Shown here: piece after piece, positions 14,998 through 21,329 of the stretch
Layout: each line of letters starts with the position of its first letter
How positions within the stretch are numbered: the first letter of the stretch is position 1
Source of the DNA: a virus
Taxonomy: Duplodnaviria > Heunggongvirae > Uroviricota > Caudoviricetes
Length of the DNA stretch: 64,000 nt
Reading direction: 5' to 3' (one strand)
Virus record (IMG/VR): IMGVR_UViG_3300032205_000001
Coordinates: 108,218 to 172,217 of that record
Translations under genes and position numbers: made by a program
Notes under the pieces: generated by a model
Told to the model about the DNA's origin: nothing
Seen by the model: only the letters and a program-made list of their open reading frames with translations
Databases searched by the model: none

Positions 14998-15203
14998 TGC
15001 TTCTGGTCGGATTTGAACCGACGTCTCTCGATTCGTCATGCGTCGCATGTAGTCGACCGATTGATCAGACCGGCCTCCTTGAAGGTGATCTGCCTCCGTG
15101 CGACTTACCCGGTCAGCTCAGCCGTAAGAGACGATCTATCCCTCCGTGCTGTGCCGATGAGCTGCTGCTTGATCGAGCGCCTTAACCACTAGGCTACAGG
15201 AGC
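14998..15203 (-). ncRNA. tRNA body with ~130-140-nt insertion at the anticodon loop
   Basis: GCTCCTG acceptor, D arm TAGCCTAGTGGTTAAGGC, stem CTCGAT/ATCGAG enclosing the insert, T arm GTCGG-TTCAAAT-CCGAC. Confidence 0.8.
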
Positions 15204-15358
15204 AAAAGTTTGATTCTCCCAGTTTGTGCTCGTGACTAGACCTTTCCGTCGGGCCCTGCTGACGCTCCACATTACTGGGCGTCCGTCCGAGTTACTGGTT
15301 GGTATCTCATCGGCTGGTTCTAGAAGGGCCGACTTTGACCTCCAGACGAATCACTCCG

Positions 15359-15431
15359 TACACGAGCTGGGACTCGAACCCAGGATATTCGGCATGTGAA
15401 GCCGACGTTCTTGCCGCTGAACTACTCGTGC
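15359..15431 (-). tRNA. tRNA-Val(CAC)
   Basis: Loop TTCACAT. Confidence 0.88.
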
Positions 15432-15436
15432 GTGAC

Positions 15437-15542
15437 GTGAACAAGGTGTGCATCTTGGAGATCAGCAACCACCGTTTAGAAGCGGCAGCGCATGACAGTC
15501 GGGTTATTAACCTGATTTGGTAACCAATCTGCGTCGGTTCAC
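15437..15542 (-). ncRNA. Y-RNA-like element A
   Basis: GTGAAC-C-GA...TGGTTACC...CCAA...TT-GTTCAC. Confidence 0.7.
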
Positions 15543-15546
15543 TTCG

Positions 15547-15618
15547 TGCGCGATACTGGAATCGAACCAGTGATCTCTTGCATGTCAAGCAAGCGTTCTG
15601 CCGCTGAACTAATCGCGC
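15547..15618 (-). tRNA. tRNA-Val(GAC)
   Basis: Loop TTGACAT. Confidence 0.9.
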
Positions 15619-15621
15619 ATA

Positions 15622-15680
15622 GACGAACAAGTGGGTGCTCGTGGGTGATTTACAAGATAACCCATGGGCTTCGGTTCGTC
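15622..15680 (-). ncRNA. Y-RNA-like element B
   Basis: GACGAAC-C-GA...TGGGTTATC...ACCCAC...TT-GTTCGTC. Confidence 0.75.
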
Positions 15681-15802
15681 GAAAATCTGTGCCTTTGACT
15701 CCAGGAAAAATCCGGTTATATTTGATCCGATGATCTGAGACCAGTGTATCGGTCTCATTGATGCCCGACCTCTGGAGTGATGGTGGGCGGCTGGCGCTTT
15801 GA

Positions 15803-15878
15803 TGGTGACCCTGGTGGGAATCGAACCCAACATTTCCGGGGTGAAAAGCCGGTTGCTTAGCCATTGGCAGACAGGGCC
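15803..15878 (-). tRNA. tRNA-Glu(UUC)
   Basis: Loop TTTTCAC, CCA. Confidence 0.8.
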
Positions 15879-15882
15879 ATGT

Positions 15883-16071
15883 ATGAAGAAGGAAGATCTA
15901 GTTCGCTGGTTGAAAGTTTACGGAGACCACAAGGACAGCTGTGGAATTACCCAGGTGATCAGAGATCACCGGGCGAAAACCGACTCGGAGGGCAGAAAAA
16001 TCTACCCAGAATGCAGCTGCGGCTGGACTGAGATCAGCCGGTCGCTGGACAAACTATTCAAGCTGAATTGA
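15883..16071 (+). CDS. hypothetical protein (62 aa)
   Basis: ATG 15883 to TGA 16071 fills the gap between two tRNAs; HxxxC...CxC. Confidence 0.5.
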   Translation: MKKEDLVRWLKVYGDHKDSCGITQVIRDHRAKTDSEGRKIYPECSCGWTEISRSLDKLFKLN

Positions 16072-16140
16072 GCACGCCGAGGGAGTCGAACCCACTACTT
16101 ACAGGGTTGCAATCTGTAGCCTGGCCGCCAGGTGACGTGC
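16071..16140 (-). tRNA. tRNA-Cys(GCA)
   Basis: Loop TTGCAAC, U73. Confidence 0.8.
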
Positions 16141-16146
16141 AAAGCC

Positions 16147-16212
16147 CACGAACAAAGAGATGAACCTTGGGGTGATCATTAACAGTGATAACCAAAGCTC
16201 GAACGGTTCGCG
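16147..16212 (-). ncRNA. Y-RNA-like element C
   Basis: CGCGAAC-C-GT...TTGGTTATC...CCAA...TT-GTTCGTG. Confidence 0.72.
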
Positions 16213-16221
16213 GAAAAAATT

Positions 16222-16286
16222 GAACGAACAAGTTGGTTGCTCCAAGGAGTCACATGTTAGGTAACCTTGGTGCGATCGGTTCGCTC
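16222..16286 (-). ncRNA. Y-RNA-like element D
   Basis: GAGCGAAC-C-GA...CCAAGGTTACC...CCTTGG...TT-GTTCGTTC. Confidence 0.75.
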
Positions 16287-16324
16287 GAAAAGTTCGGTGA
16301 GCAAGAATTTGTGACTGGTTAGGT

Positions 16325-16398
16325 TGGTCGGGAGGCGGATTTCAACCGCTACCTCCGGGGGTTCTAGCCCCGGCGCTCTAGCAATTAAGCTACCCCGG
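16325..16398 (-). ncRNA. aberrant tRNA, anticodon AGA, short class I body, weak acceptor stem
   Basis: CCGGGG-CTAGAAC-CCCCGG; encoded CCA; only about 5 acceptor pairs. Confidence 0.6.
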
Positions 16399-16424
16399 CG
16401 GTAATCCAATCACGACGGCTCACC

Positions 16425-16501
16425 TGGCATCGCTACAGGGATTCGAACCCTGGTTTCCGCGCTGAGAACGCAGCGTACTCGGCCGACTGTACGATAGCGA
16501 C
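16425..16501 (-). tRNA. tRNA-Glu(CUC)
   Basis: Loop TTCTCAG, CCA. Confidence 0.85.
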
Positions 16502-16507
16502 AAAATA

Positions 16508-16566
16508 GCGAACAAGTTTGTGCTCGTGGGGTACATTTGGCAGATAACCCACATGCTTCGGTTCGC
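16508..16566 (-). ncRNA. Y-RNA-like element E
   Basis: GCGAAC-C-GA...GTGGGTTATC...CCCAC...TT-GTTCGC. Confidence 0.75.
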
Positions 16567-16567
16567 A

Positions 16568-16644
16568 TGGTGACCCTACTGGGATTTGAACCCGAGATTT
16601 CAGCCTTGAGAGGGCCGCGTCCTAAACCGTTGGACGATAGGGCC
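16568..16644 (-). tRNA. tRNA-Glu(CUC)
   Basis: Loop CTCTCAA, CCA. Confidence 0.9.
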
Positions 16645-16647
16645 AAA

Positions 16648-16714
16648 GAACGAACAAGAAATGGAGCAGGGGTTGTTCATCCAATTGAGGTAACCCTGTT
16701 CCGACGGTTCGTCC
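16648..16714 (-). ncRNA. Y-RNA-like element F
   Basis: GGACGAAC-C-GT...CAGGGTTACC...CCCTG...TT-GTTCGTTC. Confidence 0.75.
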
Positions 16715-16725
16715 AAAAAGAAAGC

Positions 16726-16811
16726 GATGAACAAGTAGCGCGTCTGGCTTGCAGGTTCGACCCTGCACGGCTTTCGCCGCTTTTCCGATAACTCAAACGC
16801 CTCGGTTCACC
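16726..16811 (-). ncRNA. Y-RNA-like element G with internal T-arm-like hairpin
   Basis: GGTGAAC-C-GA-G-GCGTTTG-AGTTATC...GCAGG-GTCGAA-CCTGC...CAGACGC...TT-GTTCATC. Confidence 0.72.
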
Positions 16812-16854
16812 TAAAACGGACTTTCGCCTGTCTTGAGGCGATTGTCAAAAGGAA

Positions 16855-16917
16855 GCTCGCTACAATCGACGGACTTGAACCGTCGTAGTCGACGTACCAA
16901 CCCAGGTTGCAGCAAGC
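16855..16917 (-). ncRNA. acceptor/T-arm minihelix-like RNA
   Basis: T arm GACGG-TTCAAGT-CCGTC on a ~13-bp terminal stem; no D or anticodon arm. Confidence 0.55.
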
Positions 16918-16919
16918 CG

Positions 16920-16991
16920 CGTACTCCATGGGGATCGAACCCATCTCTGACGGTTTAACAGACCGGCGCATCACCAGATCGCTAGGAGTAC
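16920..16991 (-). tRNA. tRNA-Asn(GUU)
   Basis: Loop CTGTTAA, G73. Confidence 0.75.
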
Positions 16992-17134
16992 AATTTCGCC
17001 ATGTGGACCTGACGTCTCGGGTCCTCTGCTCACGAGGGAAACCGTCCTGACGAGGATCGTGCTAGCTGTCCTTGTCTTCCAGACGACTTCAATGTGAAGC
17101 CTTGCTGCATGCCGCATGGCGACGGCTTGCCTAG

Positions 17135-17217
17135 CTCCAGGGGTTGGATTCGAACCAACGATTGGGTTTCCCACGCACGGTTAACAGCCGTGTGCCTTAC
17201 CGCTAGGCTACCCTGGA
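17135..17217 (-). tRNA. tRNA-Asn(GUU) with long variable arm
   Basis: U1-A72, loop CTGTTAA, variable arm containing TGGG-AAA-CCCA. Confidence 0.8.
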
Positions 17218-17297
17218 ATAGGGCGAACCGGATCACTAACGGACCTTGCGGTCCTTACGCAATCGCTCCCGGGGATATTCCACCCTAGTAGTTCGCT

Positions 17298-17372
17298 TGG
17301 AGCTGACGCCCGGACTTGAACCGGGAACCTCGTCTTTACGAAAGACTTGCACCGCCATTGTGCTACGCCAGC
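17298..17372 (-). tRNA. tRNA-Thr(CGU)
   Basis: Loop TTCGTAA, CCA. Confidence 0.88.
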
Positions 17373-17381
17373 TAATATTCG

Positions 17382-17453
17382 TTCGGGCGGAAGGAGTCGA
17401 ACCCTCAACATTAGGCTCCAAAGGCCCACGTTCTGCCATTGAACTACGCCCGA
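17382..17453 (-). tRNA. tRNA-Gln(UUG)
   Basis: U1-A72, loop CTTTGGA. Confidence 0.88.
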
Positions 17454-17477
17454 TCAGTTTCTGTGTATACTCAGCCT

Positions 17478-17654
17478 ATGCACGACAAAAGAAAGCAGAG
17501 CCTCTATTTTCCCGAGGGAATGCTCGAAGAAGTCGTCGCAGAAGCGACGAGACTCGATCGATCATTGTCCTGGGTTGTTCAAAAGGCCTGGGAGCTGTCG
17601 AAGGAAAAGCTTAAGGAGCTTCCTGCGGCACCTGGAGCTGGCGACGGGATTTGA
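17478..17654 (+). CDS. TIGR04563 (MXAN_4361/4362)-like small RHH-type protein
   Basis: DKRKQSLYFPEGML...AEATRLDRSLSWVVQKAW matches my recollection of this myxobacterial family. Confidence 0.75.
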   Translation: MHDKRKQSLYFPEGMLEEVVAEATRLDRSLSWVVQKAWELSKEKLKELPAAPGAGDGI

Positions 17655-17707
17655 ACTCGTAACCTTCTGCTTACAAGGCAGCTGCACTACCGTTGTGCTA
17701 CGCCAGC
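17633..17707 (-). tRNA. tRNA-Thr(UGU)
   Basis: Loop CTTGTAA, CCA. Confidence 0.88.
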
Positions 17708-17712
17708 ATTCG

Positions 17713-17785
17713 AGCGGACAGCGGGAATCGAACCCAGCCTGAAGATGCTTGGAAGGCACCTGCCTCACCAGTCGGCCTTGTCCGC
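17713..17785 (-). tRNA. tRNA-Gly(UCC)
   Basis: Loop CTTCCAA, U73. Confidence 0.85.
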
Positions 17786-17787
17786 GT

Positions 17788-17863
17788 TGGGGTGTCTAGA
17801 GGGAATTGAACCCTACTCTTCAAGAGCCACAATCTTGCGTGCGACCACTACACTATAGACACC
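17788..17863 (-). tRNA. tRNA-His(GUG)
   Basis: G-1:C73, loop TTGTGGC, CCA. Confidence 0.9.
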
Positions 17864-17869
17864 ATATCG

Positions 17870-17942
17870 AGCGGACGGCGGGATTCGAACCCAGCCTGAT
17901 CTTCCTTGGCAAGGAAGTGCCGCACCTAGCGGCTTCGTCCGC
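17870..17942 (-). tRNA. tRNA-Gly(GCC)
   Basis: Loop TTGCCAA, U73. Confidence 0.85.
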
Positions 17943-17950
17943 AAAATCAG

Positions 17951-18025
17951 TCGGGGTAGCCGGATTTGAACCGGCAATCTCATGGTCCCGAACCACGCGC
18001 TCTAACCAGATTGAGCCATACCCCG
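17951..18025 (-). tRNA. tRNA-Pro(CGG)
   Basis: Loop TTCGGGA. Confidence 0.9.
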
Positions 18026-18082
18026 GAAAGGGCGCTAGGCGTACTGCCTAGCTTTCATCTCCCACGGATGGGAGCACCCCGG

Positions 18083-18154
18083 TCGAGCTAGCGGGAATCG
18101 AACCCGCGATCCCTTGTCCCCCAGACAAGTGCGATGCCGCTTCGCTATAGCTCG
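18083..18154 (-). tRNA. tRNA-Pro(GGG)
   Basis: Loop CTGGGGG. Confidence 0.82.
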
Positions 18155-18240
18155 GAAAATGGGCTTCGTTGATCAGTAAAGATCTGCAGGGCCTTTAACC
18201 CCAAACCAGGGCACGCAGCTCACACCCTGGACTTGAATCG

Positions 18241-18330
18241 TGCCGCTCTGGGAGTCGAACCCGCATCCTACGCCAGGAACAGAGGCATTTCCTCCTCCAG
18301 CTGGCTTAGGTTCCCGCCAGGAGGAACGGC
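18241..18330 (-). ncRNA. tRNA-like RNA lacking an anticodon loop
   Basis: GCCGTTC/GAGCGGC-A; T-loop TTCGACT; GCCAG/CTGGC arm encloses a GAGG/CCTC hairpin. Confidence 0.55.
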
Positions 18331-18343
18331 GCAAATGCTTTCG

Positions 18344-18431
18344 CGGAAGATGAGAGACTCGAACTCTCGGAGCAGTTATTAGCCGCTCTACGGTTTAGCA
18401 AACCGCTGCCTTACCACTCGGCCAATCTTCC
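18344..18431 (-). tRNA. tRNA-Ser(GCU)
   Basis: Loop TTGCTAA, long variable arm. Confidence 0.92.
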
Positions 18432-18436
18432 AGTCG

Positions 18437-18507
18437 TGGAGCCAAGGAGAATCGAACTCCTATATCTCGGGTGCAAGCCGAGCGCACTCCCTTTGTGCTA
18501 TGGCCCC
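18437..18507 (-). tRNA. tRNA-Ala(UGC)
   Basis: G3-U70, loop CTTGCAC. Confidence 0.9.
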
Positions 18508-18509
18508 GT

Positions 18510-18637
18510 TGGGATCGAGGACGGGATTCTCACCCGCAACCTGCCGGGTACCTAACCCGGAACTCTTGTAGCACTTGTTCGTGACCAAGTAAATGCGCAC
18601 TCCTTGATCCGTAACAGAGCCTTGAGCTACCTCGATC
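18510..18637 (-). ncRNA. tRNA-like RNA with ~50-nt D-loop insertion, anticodon AGG
   Basis: 8-bp GATCGAGG/CCTCGATC plus CCA; arm CCGGG-TTAGGTA-CCCGG. Confidence 0.7.
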
Positions 18638-18638
18638 G

Positions 18639-18709
18639 TGGACCCACGGGGAATCGAACCCCGATCTCAGCGATGCGAACGCTGCATATTCCCGTTGTAC
18701 GATGGGCCC
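18639..18709 (-). tRNA. tRNA-Ala(CGC)
   Basis: G3-U70, loop TTCGCAT. Confidence 0.88.
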
Positions 18710-18719
18710 GAATCTATCG

Positions 18720-18790
18720 TGGAGTCACCGGGAATCGAACCCGGGTCTCTGCGCTGCCAGCGCAGCATCTTCCCTCTGGACGATGACCCC
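18720..18790 (-). tRNA. tRNA-Ala(GGC)
   Basis: G3-U70, loop CTGGCAG. Confidence 0.88.
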
Positions 18791-18792
18791 AA

Positions 18793-19014
18793 CTATTTCT
18801 GTTTCTTGAGTAGCTGACAGTTGGCGCAGAGCAGCTCGTAATCTGTTGGCCAGTTCTTCAACTTGAGAATTCTCGGAAGCGTCTCGTCAGGAGCTATATT
18901 TTTGCCGGTTACGCGGAGAAACGAGAGCACTCGTTCATCTGCGATTCCGCAGGTCTTACAGGCCCCGCCGTAGTGAGCAAACGCTTCGGCTTTGTCTTGT
19001 GGATCGTTCGGCAT
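18793..19014 (-). CDS. HNH-like zinc-finger protein, probably degenerate
   Basis: YGGACKTCG...LLCANC; catalytic DH not evident. Confidence 0.55.
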   Translation of the reverse strand: MPNDPQDKAEAFAHYGGACKTCGIADERVLSFLRVTGKNIAPDETLPRILKLKNWPTDYELLCANCQLLKKQK

Positions 19015-19028
19015 GTTGCCGAGTATAG

Positions 19029-19102
19029 CGGGAACGACGGGACTCGAACCCGCGATCTCCGGCGTGACAGGCCAGCGGGGACTCCAGCTCCCCTACGTCC
19101 CC
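19029..19102 (-). tRNA. tRNA-Asp(GUC)
   Basis: Loop CTGTCAC, G73. Confidence 0.88.
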
Positions 19103-19109
19103 AACTCAG

Positions 19110-19182
19110 CGGATGCAACGAGGATCGAACTCGCCTGGTCTTGATCGACAATCAAGCGCCCTCACCAGAGAGCAATACATCC
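19110..19182 (-). tRNA. tRNA-Asp(GUC)
   Basis: Loop TTGTCGA, G73. Confidence 0.78.
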
Positions 19183-19256
19183 AAAAAGAAGAAACGGGCA
19201 GGTGAGCTTGTATCACCTTGTGGCGCTTATGACCGTCCAACCCGTTTCAGAACTTG

Positions 19257-20168
19257 TTACGACCGAGGGCGAGCGCCGTTGCCGTTGCCGCCGATGTTGG
19301 TCATCAGGGCGAGAGCCTCGGACTGAGCCTTCGAGTTGGCGGCGCCATCGACTGCAGCGCGAGCCAGCTTGACGTTCTCCTCGTAGGCCGTCTTGAGCTG
19401 AGCCTGCAGCTCCTTGATCTGTGCGTCGTTGCTGACGACCTGCTGCTGGAAGCGCTGGTTGTCGAACTGCAGCTTGTCGACCTCCGTCTTGTGCTGCATC
19501 TGAGCGATCTGCGCCTGGTGGTTGAAGTCCTTCGTCAGCACGTTCTTCAGGATGGCCTCAGCCTTGGAGACCTCCTTCTTCACGTCCTCGTCGAAGGTAG
19601 CGGCCTTCTGGAGAGCGGCCTGGTACTCGGTCTCCTTGGTCTTCAGGACGAACTCGCGGTTGGCGACGTCCTTCTCGAAGGCCTCCTGGCGATCACGCTC
19701 CTGGTTGTTGCGAACCCGAAGCTCCTCGGTCCACTTGTCGTTCTCGGCCCGACGATTCTGGTGAAGCTTGTAGGTGTAGGCTTCCTCGTCACGGGTACGC
19801 TCCTGAGCCCGCTGAGCGATGGTCGCCAGGTTGTCCTGGGCGAGCTGCTCCTTCTGCTTCGCTTGCTCTTCGAGGTACTGCTGATGAAGAGCCTTGGCCT
19901 CATCGATGGTCAGCAGGACGTTGTCGACCCCGTGAAGGTTCTCCATCTCCTGCTTCTTCAGAGTGATGGCTTCGGTGACCGCTTGGTACTCGGCGTTCTT
20001 CTGGATCAGCTCTTCGCTGATTTTCGAGAAGTCCGCCTGGACCTTGAGGCTGGTTGCCGTGATCGCCGACAGCGACGATTCGACATTGAAATTCGCAGCC
20101 CTGCCGACTGCAACCGCGTTCTTGTTCTGCTGGACCTGTTGCTTCTTGGTGCTCTTCTTCGATGCCAC
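19257..20168 (-). CDS. coiled-coil protein (303 aa)
   Basis: Q/E/K/A-rich heptad composition; SD GGGAG. Confidence 0.85.
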   Translation of the reverse strand: MASKKSTKKQQVQQNKNAVAVGRAANFNVESSLSAITATSLKVQADFSKISEELIQKNAEYQAVTEAITLKKQEMENLHGVDNVLLTIDEAKALHQQYLEEQAKQKEQLAQDNLATIAQRAQERTRDEEAYTYKLHQNRRAENDKWTEELRVRNNQERDRQEAFEKDVANREFVLKTKETEYQAALQKAATFDEDVKKEVSKAEAILKNVLTKDFNHQAQIAQMQHKTEVDKLQFDNQRFQQQVVSNDAQIKELQAQLKTAYEENVKLARAAVDGAANSKAQSEALALMTNIGGNGNGARPRS

Positions 20169-20263
20169 GGTGACTCTCCCTGAAATGGTTTGACGTGCCC
20201 TATGTCTGGGCTACGCGAACAATCGCAGAAGGGTCTGACATCGAATGCCGGTAATTGTCTACG

Positions 20264-20351
20264 CGGAAGACGGAGGTATCGATCCCCAACCGGGTCACCC
20301 CGGTCCATCTCAGTTCGAATGAGCGCCCCTGCCATCAGAGGTTCATCTTCC
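20264..20351 (-). tRNA. tRNA-Ser(CGA)
   Basis: GGAAGAT acceptor, loop TTCGAAC, long variable arm. Confidence 0.8.
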
Positions 20352-20425
20352 ATGCTGCCTCAACCCTTGCGGGAAACCGTTGAAGGCTTCGGTGCTGCCA
20401 CCGAGGTTTTACAAAGCACACAGCC

Positions 20426-20501
20426 TGGTGCCCCCAGAAGGACTCGAACCTTCAACCAACCGATTAAGAGTCGGGTGCTCTAACCATTGAGCTATGGAGG
20501 C
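20426..20501 (-). tRNA. tRNA-Lys(CUU)
   Basis: Loop CTCTTAA, CCA. Confidence 0.92.
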
Positions 20502-20558
20502 GAACTTCATCAGGTACTACCCATGCTGATGAGCCATGCCGTCGCGGCAAACGTCGGG

Positions 20559-20631
20559 TGCCCCAGTTCTGAGTCGAACAGAAATCTTCCCGTCTTCAGC
20601 GGGACGCTTAGACCACCTAAGCTACCGGGGC
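20559..20631 (-). tRNA. tRNA-Phe(GAA)
   Basis: Loop CTGAAGA. Confidence 0.85.
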
Positions 20632-20751
20632 GAAATGGGGACTTGGCGGTCCCCGCGTCGTTCATCTATTCAGTTATCAGGAGCCTCGCTTGGGTTGTCC
20701 GGGATTCTCTCTTGGAGAAGTTATGCCCAGTCGCGCTTTGCTTTGGCTTGG

Positions 20752-20823
20752 TTCGGGCTCAGGGATTCGAACCCCGATTCATGGTTCCAGAGACCAGTGT
20801 CCTGCCTGTTGGACGAAGCCCGA
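20752..20823 (-). tRNA. tRNA-Gln(CUG)
   Basis: U1-A72, loop CTCTGGA. Confidence 0.85.
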
Positions 20824-20847
20824 ATGATTACTGCTGCATCGTTGAAG

Positions 20848-20918
20848 TAGGGCCGCAGGGAATCGAACCCTGATCACAAGGTTAAAAGCCAAGTGCTCTG
20901 CCATTGAGCTACGACCCC
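20848..20918 (-). tRNA. tRNA-Lys(UUU)
   Basis: Loop CTTTTAA; two U-U mismatches in the anticodon stem. Confidence 0.75.
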
Positions 20919-20961
20919 AGAATTAGGGACGTAGATCTGTTTTCGAATGGTCAACATGTCG

Positions 20962-21045
20962 TGGGAGCGCCAGGAGTCGAACCTGAAGTGACCGCAAGGG
21001 CCAACGCGTTTACAGCGCGCCTGATGCACCGGCATCAACACTCCC
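20962..21045 (-). tRNA. tRNA-Tyr(GUA)
   Basis: Loop CTGTAAA, variable arm. Confidence 0.85.
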
Positions 21046-21054
21046 AGAAACTAG

Positions 21055-21088
21055 AAAAGCCCCCCGGGTTTCCCTGGGAGGCCTCTCT
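21055..21088 (-). terminator. possible intrinsic terminator
   Basis: Imperfect GC hairpin followed by TTTT on the minus strand. Confidence 0.35.
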
Positions 21089-21329
21089 GAGTTCTAGGTA
21101 TTTGTTGGTCTACCTAGCTTGAGGGGCCTCCAGTGGGATCATTCGCGCGCTTGGCCTGGAGATACTGCGGGAGGGGGTGGCTTTCGACGCCGACGGTACC
21201 CAAGGTCTCCAGGCCCGACGCAATAAACCCTTTGCGCCACGAGCACGTGCTCGTTCCGCAGAGGTCTTGCGCTAGGTATGTGGACAGGGATGACATTGAA
21301 GGCGTGCTCTTGGTTTGGTGCTTATCTCG

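Noticed and set aside
15437-16811. Repeated motifs as a CRISPR array
   Set aside because: The repeats are degenerate, irregularly spaced and self-pairing; no cas operon is present (the Cas4-like gene sits in the recombination module)
17240-17256. GACCGCAAGGT resembling 16S h27
   Set aside because: A generic GCAA tetraloop hairpin, also seen in tRNA-Leu variable arms; too short to be informative
15215-20225. Partial Y-like strands (15221-15234, 16297-16306, 20216-20224)
   Set aside because: Only part of the 3' side is present, without the GAACCG and GGTTAYC partners; not counted as elements
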